In this document: positions 29,647-38,022 of the stretch, one piece after another
Numbering within the stretch: the first letter of the stretch is position 1
How the letters are laid out: each line of letters starts with the position of its first letter
From: Actinomycetota bacterium
GTDB lineage: Bacteria > Actinomycetota > Acidimicrobiia > Acidimicrobiales > SZUA-35
Direction of reading: 5' to 3'
Assembly (NCBI GenBank): GCA_039029715.1
Contig: JBCCFN010000003.1
Location: 1 to 50,615, forward strand
DNA length: 50,615 nucleotides
The notes under the pieces: generated by a model
The model's database searches: none
What the model was told of the DNA's origin: nothing
Seen by the model: the letters and a program-made list of their open reading frames with translations, nothing else
Made by a program: the position numbers and the translations under genes

Positions 29647-30870
29647 TCAGACCTCCCCCGCCTCGTCGGCGGTCATGCGGTCGGTCGCCGGGGCGATGCC
29701 GACCCCAAGCCGCTCGGCGAATCGTTCGAACAGGTGGGCGGCGTCGTGGGGACCGGGCGACGCCTCCGGATGGTGCTGGACGCTGAACGCCGAGGCTGCG
29801 CCGTCCGCAACCGTGACCTCCATGCCCTGGCAGACCCCGTCGTTCAGGTTGATGTGGGTCACCTCGGCCAGGCCGGCGAGCGAGGCCGGATCGACCGCGA
29901 AGTTGTGGTTCTGGCTGGTGATCTCCACCCCGCCGGTCGTCTCGTCCCGGACCGGATGGTTGGCCCCGTGGTGGCCGAACGGCAGCTTCACGATCCGGGC
30001 CCCGATGGCCAGGCTGAGGATCTGGTGGCCGAGGCAGATCCCGAAGATCGGGACCTTCCCCAGCAGCTCCCGGACCGTTGCCACCGCATACGGCACCTCG
30101 GTGGGGTCACCGGGACCGTTCGACAGGAAGACCCCGTCCGGGTTGCGGGCCAGGACGTCTGCCGCCGTGGTCGAGGCCGGCACGACCTCGACATCGCCGA
30201 TGCGGCTCAGATGATCGAGGATCCGCCGCTTGATCCCGAAGTCGAAGGCCACGATCTACGGGGACGGCCCGGGCCCGGGGACGACGTGGGCGACCCGGTA
30301 CGGCACCTCGGTGGTGACCTCGGCAACCAGATCGATCCCGTCGGTGCCCGACTCTGCGGCCGCAGCGGCGGTGATCGTCGCCAGGTCGAACCCGCCCGGC
30401 CCCTCGACCGGTCCGAACGCCCCGGGCATCGCCCCGTGGTCCCGGATGATCCTGGTCAGGCGGCGGGTGTCCAGCCCGGCGATCCCGGCCATGCCAGTCG
30501 CCAGCAGGAACCCCTGGAGCGACTCCTCGGCCCGCCAGTTGGAGTGGCGGCGGGCCAGATCCCGGACGATGACCCCGCGGGCGAACGTGGTCCGGGACTC
30601 CGAGTCACCGGGGGTGGCCCCGTAGTTCCCGATGTGGGGGTAGGTGAACGTGATGATCTGACCGGCGTAGGACGGGTCGGTCAGGATCTCCTGGTAGCCG
30701 GTCAGGGCCGTGTTGAACACGACCTCGCCGGAGGCCGGGGTCTGGGGCACGGCGCCGATGTGCTCGCCCTCGAAGACCGAGCCGTCAGCCAGGACCAGTG
30801 CCGCGGCCGCCGGGGCAGGTCCGCCGTCTGCGACCCCGGCCGTGCCGGCGTCGATCGTCCGGCCGCTCAT
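29647..30870 (-). pseudogene. carA: Carbamoyl-phosphate synthase small subunit interrupted by an in-frame TAG at 30256-30258 (nonsense allele, split gene or sequencing error)
   Basis: ATG 30870 overlaps the pyrC stop. The N-domain (GEVVFNT, TDPSY) and GATase domain (DFGIK, SNGPGDP, GICLGHQ, HPE) are in the same frame, joined by ...CCG TAG ATC GTG GCC TTC GAC. Confidence 0.8.
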
Positions 30871-32165
30871 CGGACCGCCATCCCGTCGATCACCACCGGT
30901 TCGCCTTGATACATGGTGTGTCTCACCTTCCCTCTGACCTCCCGGCCGTGGAATGGGGTGTTGGAACTGCGGCTCGCCTGCTGCGCTCGATCGATCGTCC
31001 ACACGTGGTCGAGGTCGACGACGGCCAGATTGGCCGGTCGGCCGACCTCGATCGGACCGCCGTGGCGGTCAGACAAGCCGGCGATGCGGGCCGGCGAGGT
31101 GGACAGCAGCGTCACCAGGTCGGCCAGCGGCAGGTCGAGCTCGGTGTTGGCAAGCGCGAAGGCGGACTCGAGGCCGAGCACGCCGGGGGGCGCCTTATCG
31201 AAGGGCAGCTCCTTCGAGTCCGGCGTGTGGGGGGCGTGGTCGGTTGCGATGGCATCGATGGTCCCATCACGCAGGCCGTTCCGGATCGCTTCGACATCCC
31301 CTGCGGTCCGCAGCGGCGGGTAGACCTTGAACACCGGGTCGTAAGACGCACACGCCGCGTCGGTCAGGCTGAAGTGGTGGGGCGTGGCCTCGGCGGTGAC
31401 CGGATGCCCCTCGGCCTTGGCCGCCCGAACCAGGGCCACGCTGCCGGCCGTCGACAGATGCTGGAGGTGGACCCGGACGCCGGTCAGGCGGGACAGGGCG
31501 ATGTCACGGGCAACCATCAGCTCCTCGGCCTCGGCCGGCTGGCCGGCCAGCCCCAGGCGTGACGACCAGGCCCCTTCGTGCATGACGCCACCCTGGGACA
31601 GGGCGGTGACCTCGCAATGCTGGGACAGGACGACCGGGCCACCCTCGTCGGTCACCATCGACCCGGCGTACTCCAGGGCCCGGCGCATCATCTGGGCGTC
31701 CTGGACCCCGGTCCCGTCGTCGGTGAACATCCGGACGCCGAGGTCGACCAGCTCCCCGATCGGCGACAGCGTCTGGCCGGCCTGCCCGACCGTGATGGCG
31801 GCCGATGGCTTGACCTCGCAGAGGGCGCCCCGGGCGTGGTCGAGTACCTCGCTGACCACCGCGGCGGAGTCCATGCAGGGGGTCGTGTTCGGCATGGCGA
31901 CCACAGCGGTGAATCCACCGAGGGCGGCGGCCCGACTCCCGGAGGCCACCGTCTCGGCCGCCTCGTTGCCCGGCTGTCGCAGCTGGGCATGGAGATCGAC
32001 GAAGCCGGGGACGACGTGGCAGCCCTCGGCATCGAGGGTCCGGTCGGCCTGGGCGCCGTCACCGATGGTGGTGATCCGACCGGTGGCGTCATCGACGACG
32101 ACATCGGTTCGCCGCTCGCCGGATGCGTCGAGCACGATCCCGCCGGTGATGGCGATCCTGGTCAT
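30867..32165 (-). CDS. pyrC: Dihydroorotase (type I), with a substituted metal ligand
   Basis: GGFT...MPNT, FTDDG, HCE and TDHAPH motifs, but DLHAQLR replaces HxH. ATG 32165 overlaps the pyrB stop. Confidence 0.9.
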   Translation of the reverse strand: MTRIAITGGIVLDASGERRTDVVVDDATGRITTIGDGAQADRTLDAEGCHVVPGFVDLHAQLRQPGNEAAETVASGSRAAALGGFTAVVAMPNTTPCMDSAAVVSEVLDHARGALCEVKPSAAITVGQAGQTLSPIGELVDLGVRMFTDDGTGVQDAQMMRRALEYAGSMVTDEGGPVVLSQHCEVTALSQGGVMHEGAWSSRLGLAGQPAEAEELMVARDIALSRLTGVRVHLQHLSTAGSVALVRAAKAEGHPVTAEATPHHFSLTDAACASYDPVFKVYPPLRTAGDVEAIRNGLRDGTIDAIATDHAPHTPDSKELPFDKAPPGVLGLESAFALANTELDLPLADLVTLLSTSPARIAGLSDRHGGPIEVGRPANLAVVDLDHVWTIDRAQQASRSSNTPFHGREVRGKVRHTMYQGEPVVIDGMAVR

Positions 32166-33157
32166 CCGACCTGCCCCTCCCCGGTGTCGCCGGCACCATC
32201 CGATGCCGCCTCGGCCTCCGCCGCGGCCGCAGCGATCGATGCTGCCGCCGCGTCCGGCCCAAGCAGGCGGAACAGGACCGCCATCCGGACCGGGACGCCG
32301 GCACTCACCTGGTCGAGGACCACGCATCGGGGGTCGCCAGCCACCTCGGGGTCGATCTCGACCCCCCGGTTCATCGGTCCGGGGTGCATGATCAGGGCGT
32401 CCGACCGCAGCCGTTCCGCCCGTGACCGGGTCAGGCCGTAGCGGGCCCGATACTCCCGAATCGATGGGAACAGGCCCTGGCTGAGCCGCTCCTGTTGGAT
32501 CCGGAGCAGGTAGACCGCATCCAGATCCGGCAGCACGGCGTCGAGATCCGGCTCGATCTTGACCGGCCAGCCGTCGAGGCTCGGGGGGAGCAGGGTCCGA
32601 GGGCCGATCAGGACGACCTCGGCCCCCAGCTTGGTGAACGCCTCGACGTTCGACCGGGCGACCCGAGAGTGCTGGATGTCGCCACAGATGGCGACTTTGC
32701 GACCGTCGAGCGAGCCGAACCGCTCCAGCATGGTGTAGCTGTCGAGCAGGGCCTGGGTCGGGTGTTGGTGCCAGCCGTCGCCGGCGTTGATGACCGAGGC
32801 GTCCGTCCAGGCTGCGATCCGATGCGGTGCCCCGGAGCTGGCGTGACGGACGATGACGGCATCGACGCCCATGGCGGCGATCGTCTCGACCGTGTCCCGG
32901 AGCGACTCCCCCTTGTTGGTCGAGGAGGACGAGGCCGAGAAGTTCACCACGTCTGCCGACAGCCGCCGAGCGGCCAGGTCGAAACTGGTGCGGGTCCGGG
33001 TCGAGTCCTCGAAGAAGGCCAGCACGACCGTCTTGCCCCGAAGGGCCGGGACCTTCGGGATCGGCCGACGTTGGACCTCGGCGAAGGACGCCGCGAGGTC
33101 GAGGATCTGCTCCAACTCACCCCGATCGAGCTCACCGATACCGAGCAGATGCTTCAT
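32162..33157 (-). CDS. pyrB: Aspartate carbamoyltransferase catalytic subunit
   Basis: FEDSTRT, KGESL.DT, HPTQALLD and MHPGP motifs. Confidence 0.97.
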   Translation of the reverse strand: MKHLLGIGELDRGELEQILDLAASFAEVQRRPIPKVPALRGKTVVLAFFEDSTRTRTSFDLAARRLSADVVNFSASSSSTNKGESLRDTVETIAAMGVDAVIVRHASSGAPHRIAAWTDASVINAGDGWHQHPTQALLDSYTMLERFGSLDGRKVAICGDIQHSRVARSNVEAFTKLGAEVVLIGPRTLLPPSLDGWPVKIEPDLDAVLPDLDAVYLLRIQQERLSQGLFPSIREYRARYGLTRSRAERLRSDALIMHPGPMNRGVEIDPEVAGDPRCVVLDQVSAGVPVRMAVLFRLLGPDAAAASIAAAAAEAEAASDGAGDTGEGQVG

Positions 33158-33720
33158 CGGGCAACCTCCCCCAGTTCGACCTGTTCGAGCGTGGCATTGA
33201 CCGCCTCGTTCCGCCTGGTCGGCAGGTTCTTTCCGATGTAGTCGGGCCGGATCGGGAGCTCCCGGTGGCCCCGGTCGACCATCACTGCCAGCTGGATGGC
33301 CCGAGGTCGGCCCTGGTCCATCAGGGCGTCCAGGGCGGCCCGGATCGTCCGGCCGGTGAACAACACGTCGTCGACCAGGACCACGACCTTGCGGTCGAGG
33401 TCGAAGTCGATCTCGGTCACCGCCTCCGGCAGGACCGGCCGGAGGCTGATGTCGTCCCGGTAGAAGGCGACGTCGAGTTTGCCGACCGGGACCTCGGTCT
33501 CCTCGATCTCGAGCAGCGCAGCGGCGATGGCGTCTGCGAACGGGACCCCGCCGGTCTGGAGTCCGATCAGGACGACCTCGTCGAGGCCCTTGTTGCGCTC
33601 GATGATCTCATGGGCCATGCGCCGAACGGCCCGGCTGACCGCCGGGGCGTCGAGGACCACGCTCTTCGATATGAAAACACCCCCGTACGGGGGCGTGCGT
33701 CGACGTTCGCGTTCAGCCAA
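33154..33720 (-). CDS. pyrR: Pyrimidine operon regulator / uracil phosphoribosyltransferase
   Basis: RMAHEIIE, FYRDD, VDDVLFTGRT and DRGHRELPIRPD motifs. Start placed at TTG 33720 (AAGGA 7 nt upstream); GTG 33660 is the alternative. Confidence 0.93.
   Translation of the reverse strand: MAERERRRTPPYGGVFISKSVVLDAPAVSRAVRRMAHEIIERNKGLDEVVLIGLQTGGVPFADAIAAALLEIEETEVPVGKLDVAFYRDDISLRPVLPEAVTEIDFDLDRKVVVLVDDVLFTGRTIRAALDALMDQGRPRAIQLAVMVDRGHRELPIRPDYIGKNLPTRRNEAVNATLEQVELGEVAR
33674..33696 (-). terminator. Terminator-like hairpin with a short U run near the start of pyrR
   Basis: Minus strand reads ACGCCCCC-GTAC-GGGGGTGT-TTT. Confidence 0.55.
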
Positions 33721-33725
33721 GGGCC

Positions 33726-33782
33726 AATCCTTCCGTCCGAGCCTCTCTGGACCCGCTTCACGGATTTCCGACTGCGATGCTA
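33726..33782 (-). promoter_or_regulatory. PyrR-binding RNA element and promoter -10
   Basis: GGGTCCAGAGAGGCT (33754-33740) matches the PyrR loop consensus ARUCCNGNGAGGYU. Flanking AATCC/GGATT and TCCGT/ACGGA arms can pair. -10 TAGCAT at 33782-33777. Confidence 0.85.
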
Positions 33783-33836
33783 GCGACACCGGGCCCGGCG
33801 CGCGCCGACCAGGGCGCGATTACCCGGGGTCGGTCG

Positions 33837-34694
33837 TCACTCGCCCCGGAAGACGGGGGCTCGCTTCTCGACGAATGCCGCCGCCGCCTCCCGGTGATCG
33901 GCGGTCGACATCGATCGGGCCATCGCCACCGCCTCGGCGTCCAGCGCTTCGGCCAGTCCGGCGGTCTCGGCCCGGTTGATGTTCTCCTTCATGTACCGGA
34001 GGGCGATCGGGGCCCGGGCGGCCACCGTCGTGCACCAGTCCAGGGCGGCCTGATCGAACCCCTCGTCCGGGAGGACCGCATTGACCATGCCGAGCCGCAG
34101 CGCCTCCGCGGCATCGATCCGGGGGGACAGGAAGTACAGCTCCTTGGCCTTCGCCGAACCGAGCAGCCTGGTCAGGAACCAGCTGCCGCCGAAGTCGCCG
34201 GAGCCACCGACGCCGGAGAACGCCGTGACCAGCACCGCCCGCTCGGCGGCGATGCGGAGGTCCGCGGCCAGGGCAATCGACAGGCCGGCACCGGCGGCCG
34301 GACCGGGGAGGGCGGCGACGACGGGCTGGGGCAGCTGGCGGAGCGCAAGCGAGACCTGCCGCTGCCGTTCCCGGAGGTCGGCGATCCGCTCATCGAGCGG
34401 CTGGGCCGTTCGCCCACCGGCCACCGCGGTATTGCGCTCGTTCATGGCCTTGACGTCGCCTCCGGCGCAGAACGCACCTCCGGCCCCGGTCAGCATCAGG
34501 ACCCGTATCCGGGGATCCCGGGCCACCGCCGGCAGCGCAGTGGTGAAGCCCCGGTAGATGCCGGCCGACAGGGCGTTCCGGCGATCGGGCCGGTTGAAGG
34601 TCAGCACGCCGACGTGGCCGACCCGTTGGCCGAGCAGCTCGTCGGTCCCGGTCTCGATCGGGCTCGGCTCGGTCCGCTGGTCCTCGTCGCTCAT
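33837..34694 (-). CDS. Enoyl-CoA hydratase/isomerase (crotonase) family protein
   Basis: FNRPDRRNAL, AFCAGGDV and GAGLSIALAADLRIA motifs. ATG 34694 lies 6 nt after TACGCT. Confidence 0.92.
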   Translation of the reverse strand: MSDEDQRTEPSPIETGTDELLGQRVGHVGVLTFNRPDRRNALSAGIYRGFTTALPAVARDPRIRVLMLTGAGGAFCAGGDVKAMNERNTAVAGGRTAQPLDERIADLRERQRQVSLALRQLPQPVVAALPGPAAGAGLSIALAADLRIAAERAVLVTAFSGVGGSGDFGGSWFLTRLLGSAKAKELYFLSPRIDAAEALRLGMVNAVLPDEGFDQAALDWCTTVAARAPIALRYMKENINRAETAGLAEALDAEAVAMARSMSTADHREAAAAFVEKRAPVFRGE

Positions 34695-34737
34695 GCCCGA
34701 AGCGTAGGGAAGTGGCCGGGCCCGGTCGAGCCGACGC

Positions 34738-35820
34738 TCAGCGGCCGAGATCGCCGACCGTCGCCTCGGTGGCCCGGAACGCCAGGCGGATCGGATCGAT
34801 CGGCAGCCCGTTGCGTCGCCCCGGCCGGTCGGCCATGGCGGTGACGGTGTAGGCGAAGGTCGTCTCAACGCCGTCGACGACGACACCGGCGACCTGGATC
34901 CGATAGTCGAGGTCCGAGTCGGCATCGGTCCGGCCCGGGAGCGAGCCCTCCACCGGCTCCCACACGATGATCGGCGCCGGCACGTACCCCTGCTGGCTCA
35001 GCCGGGCCACGACCTCGAGCTCGACGGTGCGGCCGCCACTCGTCATCGTGACCTCGGCATCCTCGAAGTCGGCGCCGGCGAGCCCGAACGACCAGCGGGG
35101 GTGGATCAGCTCGGCCGGCACGTAGCCCCGGGGCGGCCAGGCCACGAAGCCGGCGTCCTCCCGGACCGGAGGGTTGTCGTCGAACACGCCCTCGTCGAAC
35201 ACCCACAGCGCATTGGCCGGGTAGGCCTGGTCGGTGCCGGCGACGTGACCGACACCGATCTCGGTGGTCGGCGGATGGAGGATCGTGTTGCGGTGGCCGA
35301 CATCACGGTTCCGGTCGCCCGGATCTTCGATGTAGCCATCGATGGCGGCCGGCCCGGTCCGGCCGAGATAGAGGTTGCTGTTGGCGGCAGCGGCGATCGC
35401 ATCGTCACTCAGGCACAGGAAGCTGTCGTCCGGGGTGTGGCTGAGGCGTCCGGTTGCGCTCATCGAGAGGGCGCCGGCCTGGGCCCGGGCCGAGTACTCC
35501 CGGTTGAGCGTGACCCCCGTTGGCACACCGGCCATGGCCCGGTAGAAGTTGACCCGCCGGACGGTTGCCAACGCCAGGTCCTCGGAGCTGCCACCGGGAT
35601 CGCAACCGTCGTAGGCCCCGGTCCAGTCCATGTCCGGCACCGTCCTGGCGAACTCCTCGGCATAGGCGATGGCCACCGCCTCACGGTTCGAGGTGTCGAT
35701 CCACGGCTCGACCACCGTGCCGGCCTGGGACGGCGTGCCGCCGACCAGGGAGACGACGGTCAGCGCGAAGACGGTGGCGGCCAGGGCGAGGCGTGACCGG
35801 AGGCGGCGGGGCACCGCCAT
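34738..35820 (-). CDS. Secreted CAP (SCP/PR-1) domain protein
   Basis: Signal peptide, VNFYRAMAG, LSH, SNL and GHRNTIL CAP motifs. The true start may be GTG 35814. Confidence 0.8.
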   Translation of the reverse strand: MAVPRRLRSRLALAATVFALTVVSLVGGTPSQAGTVVEPWIDTSNREAVAIAYAEEFARTVPDMDWTGAYDGCDPGGSSEDLALATVRRVNFYRAMAGVPTGVTLNREYSARAQAGALSMSATGRLSHTPDDSFLCLSDDAIAAAANSNLYLGRTGPAAIDGYIEDPGDRNRDVGHRNTILHPPTTEIGVGHVAGTDQAYPANALWVFDEGVFDDNPPVREDAGFVAWPPRGYVPAELIHPRWSFGLAGADFEDAEVTMTSGGRTVELEVVARLSQQGYVPAPIIVWEPVEGSLPGRTDADSDLDYRIQVAGVVVDGVETTFAYTVTAMADRPGRRNGLPIDPIRLAFRATEATVGDLGR

Positions 35821-35848
35821 CCATCGGCATCACCACCGCCCGATGTGA
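35821..35848 (-). promoter_or_regulatory. Sigma-28-like promoter candidate of the CAP gene
   Basis: TCAC-N16-GCCGATGG, then exactly 6 nt to in-frame GTG 35814; same -10-to-start geometry as the GGDEF-EAL gene. Confidence 0.35.
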
Positions 35849-35861
35849 GGACGGGGGTCGA

Positions 35862-36281
35862 TCAGCCCGGGCCGGGCCGTACCTCCTCAGCGATCGACGA
35901 GAGCAGACCGTTCACGAACCGGCTCGACTCCTCGGTTGAGTATCGGCCGGCAAGCTCGACCGCCTCGGCAAGCACGACCCCGGTCGGGGTGTCGTGGTCG
36001 ATCAGCTCGGCAACCGCCAGTCGCATCACCACCACGTCGAGCACCGCCATCCGGGACAGCGACCACCGGGTGGACGTCGACTCGATCAACTCCTCGGCCC
36101 GGGCCCGATGGGTCTCGGCGCTTCGAAGGAGGTCGACGACGAACGGATCGGGCGGCAGGGTCTGGGCCTCGAGCAGTGCGTCGACGGCCAGGCGACGGAC
36201 CTCGGCCTCGTAGGCCAGCTCCACCGCCCGCTCTCGGGCCTCCCGCCGCGACCGGGTCTGCTCGCTCACGGCCGAGACCAC
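35862..36281 (-). CDS. nusB: Transcription antitermination factor NusB
   Basis: RREARERA, WSLSRM..LD and EAVELA...S..FVNGLL motifs; follows efp. Confidence 0.93.
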   Translation of the reverse strand: MVSAVSEQTRSRREARERAVELAYEAEVRRLAVDALLEAQTLPPDPFVVDLLRSAETHRARAEELIESTSTRWSLSRMAVLDVVVMRLAVAELIDHDTPTGVVLAEAVELAGRYSTEESSRFVNGLLSSIAEEVRPGPG

Positions 36282-36308
36282 CGGCCGCCAGGCCGGTGCC
36301 GAGGACCC

Positions 36309-36872
36309 TCAGGCCCGGGTCTGGTATTCACCGGTCCTGGTGTCGACCTTGACCCGGTCGCCTGGTTCGACGAACAGTGGCACCTGGATGACCAGCCCGG
36401 TCTCCAACGTCGCCGGCTTGCGGGCCCCCGAGACCCGGTCCCCCTGTACGCCCGGCTCGGTCTCGGTAATCGCCAACTCGACCGAGGCCGGCAGGTCGGT
36501 TCCGATGATCTCGTCGCCGTACATCAGGAACGTCACCGAGGTGCCCTCGGTGACGTAGTTCCCGGCCTCCCCCATCGACTCGGACGGGACCGTCGACTGC
36601 TCGAAGGTCTCGTTGTCCATGACGGCGTAGCCGTCGCCGTCCCGGTAGAGGTACTGCTGGTCCCGCTTCTCGATGAAGGCGCTCTCGACCTTCTCACCGG
36701 CCCGGAAGGTCCGGTCGACCACCGACCCGGTCCGAACGTTTCGCAGGGTGGTCCGGACGAAGGCGCCGCCCTTGCCCGGCTTCACGTGCTGGAACTCCTG
36801 GAGCTGGAACAGCCCGTCGGACAGTTCCATGTGCATGCCGTTCTTGAAATCGCTGGTGCTGATGGTTGCCAT
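36309..36872 (-). CDS. efp: Elongation factor P
   Basis: HVKPGKGGAFVR, QYLY, PGVQGD, KPATLETG and VPLFV motifs. Confidence 0.97.
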   Translation of the reverse strand: MATISTSDFKNGMHMELSDGLFQLQEFQHVKPGKGGAFVRTTLRNVRTGSVVDRTFRAGEKVESAFIEKRDQQYLYRDGDGYAVMDNETFEQSTVPSESMGEAGNYVTEGTSVTFLMYGDEIIGTDLPASVELAITETEPGVQGDRVSGARKPATLETGLVIQVPLFVEPGDRVKVDTRTGEYQTRA

Positions 36873-36912
36873 GAGTCGGTGCCTGCTTCTGTTTCGACGT
36901 GCCGGATCCCGG

Positions 36913-38022
36913 TCACCGGCAGGCGACGTTTGGATCCTTCGGGCTGTGGGTCAGGGTCTCGCAGCCGGAGTCCGTCACCACCACCGAGTCCTCGACGCGG
37001 ATCCCGCCGAGGTCCGGCAGGTACGCACCGGGCTCGACGGTGACCACATAGCCCGTGCGGAGGATACCGGTCGCCCGGGTCGACAAGATGGGGTTCTCAT
37101 GAATCTCCAGGCCGATCCCATGACCGGTCCCGTGGATGAACGCCTCGGCCAGGCCATGGTCGGCCAGCCGGTCCCGGCAGGCCCGGTCGATCTCCCGCTC
37201 CGCAACGCCGTCGGCCACCGCCGCCACCCCGGCGGCCTGGGCATCGGCGACGGCCTCATAGATCTCCCGCTGCCTGGCATCCGCGGCCCCGATCAGGAAG
37301 CTCCGGGTCATGTCCGAGCCGTAGCCGTCGACCGACGCCCCGAAGTCGATCACCACCATGTCGCCATCGGCGATGACCCGGTCGCTCGGCCTGGCATGGG
37401 GCTTTGCACTGTTCGGCCCCGCGGCAACGATCGTGGGGAAGCTCGGTCCGTCCGCTCCCCCGTCGACCATGGCCCGATCCAGCCGGGTCGCCACCTCGGC
37501 CTCGGTCAACCCGGTCCCCAGCTCGCCGATCACCTCGGCCAATGCGGCGTCCGCGATGGCGGCGGCCGCCCGGAGCCGGTCGATCTCGCCGGCGTCCTTG
37601 ACCCGGCGCTCGGTCTCGACCAGTTGCTCGGTTGCAATGAGCGCCCGGCCGTCGAGCCATCGCTCGAACCGGCGGACCTCGGCCCACGTGACGTGCTCGG
37701 ACTCGAGCCCGACCGAGTCGGCCCCGGCCACCGCCGCCACCACCGGGGCTTCCGGCTCCCTGGTGATCGCCACCTCGGCCTCGACCGAGGCCGCAGCCAG
37801 CTGCTCCCGCACCTGGGTCTGGTATCGCTGGTCGGTCACCAGAGCCAGGCGGTCCGGTCCGATCACGATCAGCCCGGCCGAGCCGGTGAAGCCGGTCAAC
37901 CACCGGATGTTGACCGCCTTGGTCACCACCAGTGCATCGCAGCCGACACCGACCATGGCCGACCGAACGCGGCGGAGCCGTTCGTTTCGATCCATCGGCG
38001 CCAGCGGCCGATCCGGGCTCAC
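36913..38022 (-). CDS. Xaa-Pro aminopeptidase (M24B, PepP/PepQ-like)
   Basis: Creatinase-N domain, DFG...[22 protein letters not shown] and GIRVED motifs. Confidence 0.93.
   Translation of the reverse strand: MSPDRPLAPMDRNERLRRVRSAMVGVGCDALVVTKAVNIRWLTGFTGSAGLIVIGPDRLALVTDQRYQTQVREQLAAASVEAEVAITREPEAPVVAAVAGADSVGLESEHVTWAEVRRFERWLDGRALIATEQLVETERRVKDAGEIDRLRAAAAIADAALAEVIGELGTGLTEAEVATRLDRAMVDGGADGPSFPTIVAAGPNSAKPHARPSDRVIADGDMVVIDFGASVDGYGSDMTRSFLIGAADARQREIYEAVADAQAAGVAAVADGVAEREIDRACRDRLADHGLAEAFIHGTGHGIGLEIHENPILSTRATGILRTGYVVTVEPGAYLPDLGGIRVEDSVVVTDSGCETLTHSPKDPNVACR

Noticed and set aside
30256-30258. Genome-wide TAG reassignment or pyrrolysine
   Set aside because: TAG terminates several conserved genes in this window at their expected ends, and no pyl genes are present here.
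29647-31002. carA as a frameshifted gene
   Set aside because: Both ORFs are in the same frame; the break is a single stop codon.
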